From Vitreimonas sp. (GTDB lineage: Bacteria > Patescibacteriota > Microgenomatia > UBA1400 > PJMF01), in the NCBI GenBank assembly GCA_035627515.1, contig DASPLQ010000012.1, positions 455,269 to 519,268 of the forward strand: a DNA stretch of 64,000 nt. Direction: 5' to 3'. The first letter of the stretch is position 1; each line of letters begins with the position of its first letter. The translations under genes and the position numbers were made by a program. Under the pieces are notes generated by a model that saw only the letters and a program-made list of their open reading frames with translations, was not told the origin of the DNA and ran no database searches. Shown piece by piece: positions 28,302 through 38,258 of the stretch.

Positions 28302-29392
28302 TGATAAAAATGCGCACTCCTTTTGAGATGTTATTATCCTGGTTGGAGTTGGTGTTGTGGTTGTTTGTGCCGGCCATATTACTGGGTCGGTATGAGTGGT
28401 TTTTGACGCCCCTTGTTGCTCAATCGGCAGCATATGATTGGTTATCACTACCGCCGGTCATGGTAATAATCGCTTATTTTTGTGTGGCTGCTGGGGTGTA
28501 TTGGCTAGGGCAACAATGGACCCACCGGAGATTACCCGCGACAGCTTCACCACTCACTGGTATGTCGCGCAGAGTTCAGCACCGGGTTGTAATCTGGCAA
28601 ATACTCAGTTTTTTAAGCTTATTTTTGCTGCTCTTTTTTGCCAGCTGGCGAGCCGCGTGGTTGATTGTGGGGGCTGCGGCTATGCAGGGTCTGTGTTGGA
28701 TACTGAGTGACCTGGGTGGCAGACCAATTTTGCCATGGATGAATTTTTTAAGCTCTCGCATGAAGTTGCCTACTATGGCTCGGGTACTGATAGTTATATT
28801 GATGCCGTTGCTACTCAGTAGTTTGGCTCGTTTAGTAGGTATAGAAGTAGTATGGTTGTTGGGAGGTTTGGGGGCTTTAAGCGCCTTGCTGCTGATACTC
28901 GTCCATTCGGAACTTGCTCAGCTACAAAGCCAAGAGAACGAGCTAGGTGTTACCAGTCCAGCATTGTATCGATTGGGAGAAGGAGCCTGGTGGTGGTATG
29001 TCGTGGGAATAGTCACGCCACCTGATCAAAATGGTTTTCTCTACGGCTTGATTTTATTTTTAATTTTCATGATGACCACTTTTATTCCAGTGCCATCATT
29101 ATCACCACGTAATCAAAGATGGGGAGCAGCCCTTACCCTCATCATCAGTTTTATAGCCAAGTTAACCCATCCCGGCTTACTGGGGATTATTTTGATTACT
29201 GTCATTGATGGAATTATGGCTCAGGTTTTTTGGGGCACACGCCTTCGACCTCGGGGAACTGTCCATGCGAGCGTCCAGTTGGTAATAGTATCGATAGTGA
29301 TGTTGAGTGGCTTTTTTTATCCCTCGCTGATATGGATGCTCTTATTTGGAGGGGCAGCAGTGAGTGTGGCCGTAAACCTCTTTTCAGAGTAA
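28298..29392 (+). CDS. Polytopic membrane protein of unknown function
   Basis: About 10 hydrophobic segments; ATGA overlap with the pth stop. Confidence 0.65.
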   Translation: MMIKMRTPFEMLLSWLELVLWLFVPAILLGRYEWFLTPLVAQSAAYDWLSLPPVMVIIAYFCVAAGVYWLGQQWTHRRLPATASPLTGMSRRVQHRVVIWQILSFLSLFLLLFFASWRAAWLIVGAAAMQGLCWILSDLGGRPILPWMNFLSSRMKLPTMARVLIVILMPLLLSSLARLVGIEVVWLLGGLGALSALLLILVHSELAQLQSQENELGVTSPALYRLGEGAWWWYVVGIVTPPDQNGFLYGLILFLIFMMTTFIPVPSLSPRNQRWGAALTLIISFIAKLTHPGLLGIILITVIDGIMAQVFWGTRLRPRGTVHASVQLVIVSIVMLSGFFYPSLIWMLLFGGAAVSVAVNLFSE

Positions 29393-29401
29393 ACTACACC
29401 T

Positions 29402-29716
29402 ATGGCTAAAACCGCCAAAACTACTAAGCCCAGTTTTTCTAGTCTCCAAGATTTATTTGCAGATTTCCAGTTGGATGATAAGGGAGGATACATTACCCAG
29501 GAGTTTCAAGATTTTGGCTATCGATTGGCCGTCGAGCTCGATGACTTAAAACACAAAAGCCTCTACATCAAAATGTCGAAAGAACTACCTCGTGGTCTTT
29601 TAGAAACAGCCTTGAGCTTTGTCAGCGATGCCAATGCTCGCAATAAGGCCCGACTCTTTATGTGGAAGGTAAACGACCTTAAAAAGTCATTGCCCTCCAC
29701 CACTAAGAAAAAATAA
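29402..29716 (+). CDS. Hypothetical protein
   Basis: Clean ORF; TAAACT 6 nt before ATG. Confidence 0.7.
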   Translation: MAKTAKTTKPSFSSLQDLFADFQLDDKGGYITQEFQDFGYRLAVELDDLKHKSLYIKMSKELPRGLLETALSFVSDANARNKARLFMWKVNDLKKSLPSTTKKK

Positions 29717-29719
29717 CCT

Positions 29720-30940
29720 ATGCCCAGCAAAAACATTCTACTTTTAATTGCCTTTCTGTGTTTATTGGTTGGACTGCTTAGTTATAACTACTATTATCAA
29801 CCGTTTGCTTATTTAGGTGAGTTGAGTTCTCAGTTAAACCTGCCCTCACCGTCACCCAGTGCTCCAGTAACCAAGCAAAGCTCGCCGGCCCTCAATGAAT
29901 ATCTATCAGCCCTATCAACCCGCCAAAAAATTGCACATTTACTCTCAGTACCAGTAACTTTATCCACCACTGAGCCTGCTTCGACATCTGGATCTTTGGC
30001 ACTTAAACAGGCCTGGATAAAACAAGAAGGGCCCGGCATGGTTTTACTTTTTGGCGAAAAAATTTCTCAGCCACTAGTAACAGCCTTCACTACGCAAATT
30101 AATAGCGGTGAAACGAATGCTGCTCAGGTTCTTGCTAGACCATTAGTCGCAGTAGATCATGAAGGTGGCAGCGTGCAACGTTTGAGTGGTCAAGGTTTTA
30201 CAGCGTTGGCGAGTTGGCAAGAGTTGTGTGCTTTGCCGGAAACAACCATGCAAGAACGATTGCAACTGTCGGCACAGGAACTCAAGGCTGCGGGAGTGAA
30301 TGTCGTCTTAGCTCCGATGGTCGACGTGGGTGTCACACCCCACCCAGTTTTGAAGTCACGTCTTTGTTCTGATGATGTCGAAACGACTAAACAGCGGGCC
30401 CAGTTATTCATTGACGCTTTTACCGGTGAAGGTGTGTTACCGACTCTCAAACACTTTCCAGGAATTGGTCGTACCAGCAAAGACCTACATCTCCAATTTG
30501 ATCAAATTACATTTAATGAACAAGAAACAGCTCTGTTTGGTAATTTGCTCGAAAACAATTCCGCCTTAGCCGTGATGACAACCCACGTGGGCTTAACCGA
30601 AGTCACTGGGAGCCAGCCGTGTAGTTTAGATCCGCAGTGTGTAGGTGAACTCAAAAAGGCATATCCACAAGCACTTATAGTTACTGACGCTCTTGAGATG
30701 AAAGCCGCTCAATCAGCTACTACTGCGGCAGAAGTGAAAAATCTAAGTCAAATCAGTATTGCCGCGGTCACTGCGGGCAATGATGTATTGGTATATGGTC
30801 CTGGGGTGAGTACTGCTCAGCTCGACGCCATTATTACTGAGCTAGAAAGTGAGTATCAACGTAATTTGAGATTTAGAGAACAAGTAGAACTGAGCAACAA
30901 AAAAATACTTCACTTTAAAGAACAGTATCATCGTCAATAA
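29720..30940 (+). CDS. Glycoside hydrolase family 3 (NagZ-like), membrane-anchored
   Basis: VDHEGG.VQR, APMVDV, KHFPG, TDALEM. Confidence 0.85.
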   Translation: MPSKNILLLIAFLCLLVGLLSYNYYYQPFAYLGELSSQLNLPSPSPSAPVTKQSSPALNEYLSALSTRQKIAHLLSVPVTLSTTEPASTSGSLALKQAWIKQEGPGMVLLFGEKISQPLVTAFTTQINSGETNAAQVLARPLVAVDHEGGSVQRLSGQGFTALASWQELCALPETTMQERLQLSAQELKAAGVNVVLAPMVDVGVTPHPVLKSRLCSDDVETTKQRAQLFIDAFTGEGVLPTLKHFPGIGRTSKDLHLQFDQITFNEQETALFGNLLENNSALAVMTTHVGLTEVTGSQPCSLDPQCVGELKKAYPQALIVTDALEMKAAQSATTAAEVKNLSQISIAAVTAGNDVLVYGPGVSTAQLDAIITELESEYQRNLRFREQVELSNKKILHFKEQYHRQ

Positions 30941-30946
30941 CTTTAT

Positions 30947-31378
30947 ATGTTGTGGTCACTTTCACCATTATTTCTAAGCAGCTGGGGAATAATCCTCGGG
31001 ATGGTAATCATGATAGGTGATCAGCTCATTTTTTATCGTTGGTACCAAGAAACTGAAAATCTTACCCATCCTCGACCACCAGTGCTGATGACGCATTCCA
31101 TTTGGTTTATGGCAACATATGTGTTACTGGGTCTATTCATAATGACTTCTGCTGATAGTTGGGTAGGCCGAGGTTTGATTATAGGAATAGGTACTTACCT
31201 TTCTGCGCAGTTATTGATGAAGAGAAGTAACCCCCGTCTTTTTGATCAAACGTTTTTTCCTCATCATGCTTCATCTCCCACGCCCGCTCAGCGTGAGTTA
31301 GTAGTGACAATCATAGTGGGCAGCACACTGTTATGGACGGTAATCATGAGTAGTTTGTTGTTGAAGTTATATTGGTAG
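30947..31378 (+). CDS. Hypothetical membrane protein
   Basis: Four hydrophobic segments; operonic spacing. Confidence 0.6.
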   Translation: MLWSLSPLFLSSWGIILGMVIMIGDQLIFYRWYQETENLTHPRPPVLMTHSIWFMATYVLLGLFIMTSADSWVGRGLIIGIGTYLSAQLLMKRSNPRLFDQTFFPHHASSPTPAQRELVVTIIVGSTLLWTVIMSSLLLKLYW

Positions 31379-31385
31379 CGATCAT

Positions 31386-32198
31386 ATGCAGTGGCAACTT
31401 CCTGGGCTTGGTGTGACTTTCCATTTGTATGGTCTAATTGTAGGTCTAGCTATGGCAGTGGGAGGGTGGTTGATGGAGCTAAAAGCCAAGCGTGAACACA
31501 TAAATACAACTCAATTATGGCCAATGATCGCCGGAGGTTTACTAGGCGCTTTGATAGGTGCGCGATTGTGGCATGTGGCCACAGACTTTCCACTTTATAC
31601 TCATAACTGGTGGGCGATAGTCCAAGTGTGGCAAGGTGGTTTGAGTATTCTTGGTGCTATAGCTGGAGGGGTGTTAGGCTTAAAGATTACTCGACATTTT
31701 TTTTACAACTCCGAAAACATTTCTTTATCACAGTTGCTTGATTTATCAGTTTATGGCTTACCAGTTGCGCAGGGAATAGGTAGAGTTGGCAATTGGGTAA
31801 ATCAAGAGTTATATGGGTTGCCTACCACTTTACCTTGGGGTATCTTTATTGAACCTCAGCATCGCTTAGCAGGCTATGAAAGCCAGGCCTACTATCATCC
31901 CTTATTTGCTTATGAAATGATATTCACATTAGGTTTTGCAGCGTGGCTGTGGTGGCGAGAATTTAACTTAGTTGCATTTGAAAAAAGAAAAAACAAAAAA
32001 GCAACTTGGTTGCAATTTGGTTGCGGAAATATTTTTACGGTGTATATTTTGTACTATGCAGTTTTGCGGTGGGGACTAGAGTTTTTGCGTTTGGAAAAAG
32101 CGGGAAGTGGCATTTATACTTTGAGTATTAACCAAGTCATTATCACTATCGTAATTTTCTTACTCACCTGGAAGCTATGCCTTGCAAAACATGACTAA
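31386..32198 (+). CDS. lgt: Prolipoprotein diacylglyceryl transferase
   Basis: GARLWH, WQGGLSI.G, GR.GNW.NQELYG, HP.FAYE. Confidence 0.93.
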   Translation: MQWQLPGLGVTFHLYGLIVGLAMAVGGWLMELKAKREHINTTQLWPMIAGGLLGALIGARLWHVATDFPLYTHNWWAIVQVWQGGLSILGAIAGGVLGLKITRHFFYNSENISLSQLLDLSVYGLPVAQGIGRVGNWVNQELYGLPTTLPWGIFIEPQHRLAGYESQAYYHPLFAYEMIFTLGFAAWLWWREFNLVAFEKRKNKKATWLQFGCGNIFTVYILYYAVLRWGLEFLRLEKAGSGIYTLSINQVIITIVIFLLTWKLCLAKHD

Positions 32199-32781
32199 AA
32201 CAGAGTTGAAGAATCACTATCATCATTTTTTACGTTTTGAACTCCCCATTTGGGTAGGTGCTTTTTGTTTGTTTGGCGTTTTTCTGTATTATTTCTTTTT
32301 GTCTTCCACAGGTGATGAATTTTTATCTTGCCACCCATCTCTTAGTCGCCATAGTAAGCCCCGGCTAATTTGTGAAAATCATCAAGATTATGCAGCGGCG
32401 GAAGCTGATCACCGATATATCAATCTCACTGTTGGTGATAAAGTTCTCACAGTAGAAATTGTTACTAAGCCTGAAAGCTTAGAGCGTGGTTTAAGTGGCC
32501 GTTCTCAAATTGGCAGTGATGGCATGTTGTTTATGATGCCGAGTCCTCGCCGGCCGCAGTTTTGGATGAAGGAAATGTTGTTCGGTCTCGATTTGATATG
32601 GATTAGCCAGGGACAAGTCAGTGAAATTACTCCCAATGTACCAGCCCCCCAACCACTCCAGCCACTTACACAATTACCTCATTACTCTCCACAGCAACCA
32701 GCCGATGCTGTTCTCGAGGTAGAAGCCGGTAAAGTGGCGGCCTGGGAAATTAAGATTGGTGATACGGTGAGTTTTGAGTAA
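32191..32781 (+). CDS. DUF192-domain protein
   Basis: ERGLSGR, GMLF, FWMKEM...LDLIW, VLEV.AG. Confidence 0.8.
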   Translation: MTKTELKNHYHHFLRFELPIWVGAFCLFGVFLYYFFLSSTGDEFLSCHPSLSRHSKPRLICENHQDYAAAEADHRYINLTVGDKVLTVEIVTKPESLERGLSGRSQIGSDGMLFMMPSPRRPQFWMKEMLFGLDLIWISQGQVSEITPNVPAPQPLQPLTQLPHYSPQQPADAVLEVEAGKVAAWEIKIGDTVSFE

Positions 32782-32816
32782 TGACTTGACCTACTTGAGT
32801 AGTTTACAATCAAGGG

Positions 32817-33713
32817 ATGTCAACTGCTGCCTCGGCTGCCGGCCGTCTAAAAGGCCTGCTCAAAACTTCCTTTGCTACCTCTGGTGGAGCTACTAACGTA
32901 CTGCAATTAGAACCCATTCCCGGTGACCCGCCTGTACCTGGATTAGTGAGTGATACTTTATTAAGTACCACTTTTCCCCCGGTACCCATTGGCCTTGGCA
33001 ACAATTCTACTGTGAGTTCGGCTCCTCCTGAGCTTTCTACTCAAGATAAGGTGGAACTTTTTGATCAGGTTCTCAGTGAGATTGAACAACAGCTACCTGT
33101 AGGTGCCCCTCCAGCTGTTTCCGCTGTTAGCCCTGATGCCATTGCCCAGTCAGTTTCGACAGTGCCAGTCACCGCCACACCAGCTGCCCCAGTTAACCCT
33201 GTAGCTTCTGATCTAACTACTCAAGTAGCCGCCCCGCTAACCTCACCTACTCCTCAGCCAGTGCCGGCTGCAGTGGCTCCGCAAGCCGTGCCTTTAGCCG
33301 TGGAACAATCAGTAGCCGCCGCCAGTCTTAATCCCGCTTATCCTACTTCTAGTATCAAAGAAGCTTTGCCATCCATGGTGACTCTCGAAGCACCGAGTTT
33401 TGATTTGCCAGTAGGTGTACAGAGTGTGGAGCATGAACACAGTCCTGAGCTGGGTCCTGAGATCGAGGGCTTTTTACATAAAGTGGAAGATCATCATGAG
33501 CAGCAGCCACATGAAATTGTCGTGGCTGATGGCTCTCAACTGCTGCCAACGCAAAAATATATGGCTCAACCTGTGATTGTGTTACCCGTCACCCCAGAAG
33601 TTGAACAAGAAGGCCAAAGTAAAAACACCACCTTTAGTGTCCGCTGGCTGGTAGAATTCAGTCATAAAATTATGAAGATGTTTAGTGGAAAGGTGATATA
33701 TAGAAGTAATTAA
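32817..33713 (+). CDS. Pro/Ala-rich hypothetical protein
   Basis: Long ORF; TACAAT 6 nt before ATG. Confidence 0.7.
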   Translation: MSTAASAAGRLKGLLKTSFATSGGATNVLQLEPIPGDPPVPGLVSDTLLSTTFPPVPIGLGNNSTVSSAPPELSTQDKVELFDQVLSEIEQQLPVGAPPAVSAVSPDAIAQSVSTVPVTATPAAPVNPVASDLTTQVAAPLTSPTPQPVPAAVAPQAVPLAVEQSVAAASLNPAYPTSSIKEALPSMVTLEAPSFDLPVGVQSVEHEHSPELGPEIEGFLHKVEDHHEQQPHEIVVADGSQLLPTQKYMAQPVIVLPVTPEVEQEGQSKNTTFSVRWLVEFSHKIMKMFSGKVIYRSN

Positions 33714-33788
33714 GTAACTAAGTAAATAAGTAATTCGCTGTCGCGCTAATTACTAAGTTACTCAATTACTCACTTACTCACTTACTAA
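33703..33788. repeat. 8-bp periodic inverted-repeat hairpin (4 units, spacer, 5 inverted units)
   Basis: gaagtaat taagtaac taagtaaa taagtaat / tcgctgtcgcgcta / attactaa gttactca attactca cttactca cttactaa. Confidence 0.85.
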
Positions 33789-33792
33789 GACC

Positions 33793-36129
33793 ATGCTTGA
33801 TCCAAATCTAATGCTTGCTATGTTGATTTCTTGGTTTTTCACAGCCTTGTGGATACTATTAGCCTTGGTGTTGATTGGTGCTTTGTGCTATGTCTTGTTT
33901 CAGTTTTATCGACATCGCAATCGGGAAGAGTATGCCTTAGATTTTGTGACCTTGATGGTCAGATTACCTAAGGATAATGAAATCAAAATTGATGCCGCTG
34001 AACAAATGTTTGCTGGCTTATACTCACTCAAAAAAACGGGCTGGTTTAGTTGGTTCAAGAATGAAGAAGTGTTCTCGTTTGAAATTGTGGCTCTCAAAGA
34101 AAAGATTGCTTTTTATGTAAATTGTCCACGCAAAATCCGCGATTTAGTTGAGAAACAAATTCACGGTGCTTATCCTAATGCGGAAATTAAAGAAGTAGAT
34201 GAAGTGAATATTTTTAGCGAAAAAGGCAAAGTTGCTTTTACGAGTGTTAAAACTGAAAAAGCAATTTATCTGCCCATCAAAACCTACAAAGATTTGCCAA
34301 CCGATGGTTTATCACTTTTGACTTCAGCATTATCTAAAATGGGCGAGGGTGAAGGAGCAGTGGTGCAAATCTTATTACGTCCAGAGGGTAGAGGTTGGCA
34401 GAAAAAAGGTCGTAATTATATTCAAAAAGAAAAGAAACGTGAGGCCGATCCCGAAAAAGCAACCTATGGTCATGATCCGAAAGAAATGGAAGCTATTGGT
34501 GCCAATGTTGAGAAACCAGGTTTTAGAGTTAGCATCAGAGTAGTAGTGTCATCTCCTAATGAGTACACTGCCGAGTCACATTTAAATAACATTGTCGGTG
34601 CTTTTGCTCAATACACTTCTGCCTACAATAACTTCAAACAAGTGGAACATATTTTCTTAAAGCCACTTTTTATGATTGATTTCATTTATCGTTACATGCC
34701 GATGATGAACATCAACACTTCCATTTTAAATATTGAAGAATTAGCGACACTATTTCACTTTCCCAATAAAACTGTTGAGACGCATCACATTCAGTGGCTA
34801 AATGCTAAAAATGCTCCAGCTCCAGATAAAATTCCTACTACCGGCATGTTGTTGGGTGTATCGGCGTATCGTGGCGAAAAACGTGAGGTCCACATGGATC
34901 TCAATGACCGTCGTCGTCACATGTACATCATTGGAAAAACGGGTACCGGTAAATCAGAGTTTTTAAAAGAGATGATTTTGCAGGACATTGAAGCTGGACA
35001 TGGCGTATGTGCGATCGACCCCCACGGTGAGTTTATTGAAGATATTTTGCAACTGATGCCGCCAGAGCGGGCTGAAGACGTGATTTATTTCAATCCTTCA
35101 GATCTTGATCGGCCGATGGGCTTGAACATGATGGAGGCAGATACCGAAGAACAAAAACACTTTGTGACCAGTTCCATCATCGGTTTGATGTACAAGCTAT
35201 ACGACCCGCACCGCACAGGTATTATCGGTCCGCGGTTTGAGCACGCCATCCGGAATGCGATGTTGACGATCATGAGTAAACCAGGCACCACCTTTATCGA
35301 GTTAGTGCGGTGTTTGACCGATAGTAAATATGTGGAGGAGTTATTGCCTTTTGTTAAAGATCCAGTGGTGCGTCGCTACTGGACTGACCAAATTGCCCAA
35401 ACGTCTGATTTTCACAAATCAGAAGTCTTGGACTACATCGTTTCTAAGTTTGGCCGGTTTGTGACCAATAAAACTATGCGGAACATCATTGGTCAGCCGT
35501 CCAGTGCTTTTAACTTCCGGCAAGCCATGGATGAAAAGAAAATCATTCTTTGTAACTTATCCAAAGGTATCTTAGGTGAAGAAGACGCCAAATTTTTAGG
35601 TCTGATTTTAGTGCCTAAAGTATTGACTGCGGCTATGAGTCGGCAGGATATTGGCATGGACCAGCGCCACGACTTTTTCTTATACGTGGACGAGTTCCAA
35701 AACTATGCTACCGAAGACTTTGCAGTCATTTTGTCAGAGGCTCGGAAATACCGGCTCAGTTTAATTGTCGCTAACCAGTTTATCGGTCAGATTGACGAAG
35801 AGATTAAAAATGCTGTTTTTGGTAACGTCGGTTCGATTGTATCTTTCCGGATTGGTGTTCCCGACGCCAACTTCTTGCAACACGAGTTTAGCCCCACCTT
35901 TAATGAAGGTGACTTAACTAACATCGAAAAATATCACGTCTACATGAAGACCATCGTCAACAACGAACCGGTTCCGCCATTCAGTATGTCACTTGAAAAA
36001 GATATGGACCAAGTCAAAGCTCGGATGAACCCCAAAATGGCTGAGATGATCAAGCAACTCAGTCGTCTCAAATACGGCAAAGATCGCGAGAGTGTAGAAG
36101 CTGAGATGAATGTGCGAGCGAAGTTGTAG
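33793..36129 (+). CDS. VirB4/VirD4 (TraD/TraG)-like type IV secretion ATPase, membrane-anchored
   Basis: RRHMYIIGKTGTGKS Walker A, IDPHGE, LYVDEFQN Walker B, SEARKY, ANQ. Confidence 0.88.
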   Translation: MLDPNLMLAMLISWFFTALWILLALVLIGALCYVLFQFYRHRNREEYALDFVTLMVRLPKDNEIKIDAAEQMFAGLYSLKKTGWFSWFKNEEVFSFEIVALKEKIAFYVNCPRKIRDLVEKQIHGAYPNAEIKEVDEVNIFSEKGKVAFTSVKTEKAIYLPIKTYKDLPTDGLSLLTSALSKMGEGEGAVVQILLRPEGRGWQKKGRNYIQKEKKREADPEKATYGHDPKEMEAIGANVEKPGFRVSIRVVVSSPNEYTAESHLNNIVGAFAQYTSAYNNFKQVEHIFLKPLFMIDFIYRYMPMMNINTSILNIEELATLFHFPNKTVETHHIQWLNAKNAPAPDKIPTTGMLLGVSAYRGEKREVHMDLNDRRRHMYIIGKTGTGKSEFLKEMILQDIEAGHGVCAIDPHGEFIEDILQLMPPERAEDVIYFNPSDLDRPMGLNMMEADTEEQKHFVTSSIIGLMYKLYDPHRTGIIGPRFEHAIRNAMLTIMSKPGTTFIELVRCLTDSKYVEELLPFVKDPVVRRYWTDQIAQTSDFHKSEVLDYIVSKFGRFVTNKTMRNIIGQPSSAFNFRQAMDEKKIILCNLSKGILGEEDAKFLGLILVPKVLTAAMSRQDIGMDQRHDFFLYVDEFQNYATEDFAVILSEARKYRLSLIVANQFIGQIDEEIKNAVFGNVGSIVSFRIGVPDANFLQHEFSPTFNEGDLTNIEKYHVYMKTIVNNEPVPPFSMSLEKDMDQVKARMNPKMAEMIKQLSRLKYGKDRESVEAEMNVRAKL

Positions 36130-36131
36130 AA

Positions 36132-37835
36132 ATGCAAGAAAAGCTATTGCCCTCTACTAATATAGAAAAAAGTTGGCAAGAAACACTTAAATCAGATGAA
36201 TTTTTACCTGCTGAAAGAGAATTGTTAACACTCCTATATGACGAAGTAATTAATGGAGAGCCTGAGTTAAGGATTTATACCTACGACGTTTTCATAGATA
36301 AATGTAGGTATTTGAATATTGATCCAATAGTAATTCAGGAAAAAGCTATGAGGCTTTTTCCACAATATGAAATTCAAGCACTTTTCAAACATCTTCCCAA
36401 AGGATTAAAGATTCGAGCGAAAGAAGAACTCTACCATGATGGTACTTCTATTGCTGGGACAATGTTTTTTATAAGAGAATTAAATGAATCTAATCGCCTA
36501 TATCAACGGGATGGTAAAGATTTTGTCAAGCTAAGCCGAGCTGAAGTTAAAAAAATTATAGAAACTGAACTTCCCAATAATAAACCCACTTTTATTAACG
36601 AAACTCTAGGATGGGTGACAGCTGAATCAATTCAAGGATACTCTAACGGTGTTCGCTTATCACAAATAGATGGTGAAGAGACGGACGTTAGCATTGATGA
36701 TACCACTTTTTTTATCATTGAAGGAGCAGATCATAAATTAGCTCAGCGAAGACCACGAGAGATTTATTTTGGTCAATCAGTGCAGGTTTGGGATGCCGAT
36801 ATTCAAAGATGGGTAAGAGGTAGAATTACCGATAGAAAAAATGTAGATAAAATACTTGTTCAATTGGATGAACCAATTGAGAAAACAAATTATTTTGGTG
36901 AACCAAGTCAAGTTAAAGATGCTGAAATTTGGATCGGAGACGTTGCAATCAGAGGATGGAGCGCGGATAAAAAACTACCTTCCCTTGGTTCATCCATGTT
37001 TGAAAGAGAGGAATATCATTTTTTAAATATTGATTTAACTGCTGAACAAGAAAAGGTGCCTTTTGAGCAAATCCCTAAGGAGTTCATACCCGGTACATTG
37101 ATTCGTTTTCCAGGAGGCGGCATAGGTTTAGTAGAAAGAACTAACTCACAAGGTCAGAGTTTTGTTGATGGTGTAAAAGCTGGTGGACAACCATCCTTAG
37201 AAGGAGAATCTGTCAATTGGATGAATTTAGAGCAGTTGCCGATTATTTTGGAATCTACAGAATTTGAGAAAGAAAATAGTGAGTTAAGAAACAGGCGTGT
37301 CAAAATTAATATCAGATCTTTAGAAGGTGAAGAAAAACTTTCATTTCGACAAAGATTTATAACACGTTTACGAAATAAATTTATGGGGCTTTTCTCAGAA
37401 AAGCAGAATAAAAATCAGAGAATCATGAAAGTGGAAAAATTAGTGAAACTAAATAATGAGCCATACGTAATTTTACGATCATTGCCTGTTTTGTTAAGCG
37501 AAGGAGGTAATAAGAATCAGCGTTTATATTATGAGCTGCCATTGCGGGTTTTCAATGAGTTGATAGTAAAGGGGGAATGTGAGCTGAGTTCTAAAGATGT
37601 TACAGAGTCACTTCGCTATTATTTTCCAGATCAATACAAAGATATTATCAATAATATTGATAATTATTTTGGTAGTGTTTATGCAGAGGTGAAGTTGAAA
37701 AACAACCGAGTTATTCTTAAGAAACAATCAGTTTATTTTAATTGCTTGCCTTTTGGTGTATATCTCATTTTCCCCAATGAAGATATTCCGCGCTTAATTC
37801 CTTTAGAGAAGATAGAAAGTATTGAAATCTTATAA
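36132..37835 (+). CDS. Hypothetical protein, AT-rich
   Basis: 567-codon ORF 2 nt after the ATPase; no motif recognised. Confidence 0.7.
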   Translation: MQEKLLPSTNIEKSWQETLKSDEFLPAERELLTLLYDEVINGEPELRIYTYDVFIDKCRYLNIDPIVIQEKAMRLFPQYEIQALFKHLPKGLKIRAKEELYHDGTSIAGTMFFIRELNESNRLYQRDGKDFVKLSRAEVKKIIETELPNNKPTFINETLGWVTAESIQGYSNGVRLSQIDGEETDVSIDDTTFFIIEGADHKLAQRRPREIYFGQSVQVWDADIQRWVRGRITDRKNVDKILVQLDEPIEKTNYFGEPSQVKDAEIWIGDVAIRGWSADKKLPSLGSSMFEREEYHFLNIDLTAEQEKVPFEQIPKEFIPGTLIRFPGGGIGLVERTNSQGQSFVDGVKAGGQPSLEGESVNWMNLEQLPIILESTEFEKENSELRNRRVKINIRSLEGEEKLSFRQRFITRLRNKFMGLFSEKQNKNQRIMKVEKLVKLNNEPYVILRSLPVLLSEGGNKNQRLYYELPLRVFNELIVKGECELSSKDVTESLRYYFPDQYKDIINNIDNYFGSVYAEVKLKNNRVILKKQSVYFNCLPFGVYLIFPNEDIPRLIPLEKIESIEIL

Positions 37836-37848
37836 AAAAAGACTAACA

Positions 37849-38226
37849 TTAAAAATTTGCGTCAGCAGGCGTCTGAGCGGCAGCCTCATACTCTTTAATC
37901 ACCTGTTGGCAGTATTGATAGCGAGCGTACTCAAAGGCTTTTTGGTGGATGGGTTGTTTGTGTTCACCGACTTCCACACTGGAACCAAGGACGTTGCCCA
38001 CGTGTGAACCGACTTCTTGTGAACGTGTAGAAAGTATCTGGAGCTGTGAACCAGCACTGCTACTAAGTTGCGCAACTGGGAGCTTGTCGCGGAATTGAAA
38101 AAGCGCCGTTTGGGCGTTTACCATCACTTGAGCTGGCAACACACCCCGATTTAAAGCGGTATACGCACCCACGCCTAAGATCACGAGTATCAAGCACAGT
38201 AATAATAAAGCTTTAACCATTTTCAT
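37849..38226 (-). CDS. Hypothetical membrane-anchored protein
   Basis: N-terminal TM; TGATATACT upstream. Confidence 0.65.
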   Translation of the reverse strand: MKMVKALLLLCLILVILGVGAYTALNRGVLPAQVMVNAQTALFQFRDKLPVAQLSSSAGSQLQILSTRSQEVGSHVGNVLGSSVEVGEHKQPIHQKAFEYARYQYCQQVIKEYEAAAQTPADANF

Positions 38227-38258
38227 GAGCCATTTAGTATATCACTTTGAGAGGAGGC

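Noticed and set aside
28298-29392. MraY/WecA-family call for the membrane protein
   Set aside because: Only a vague resemblance; the DD and NxxDGxDG catalytic motifs are absent
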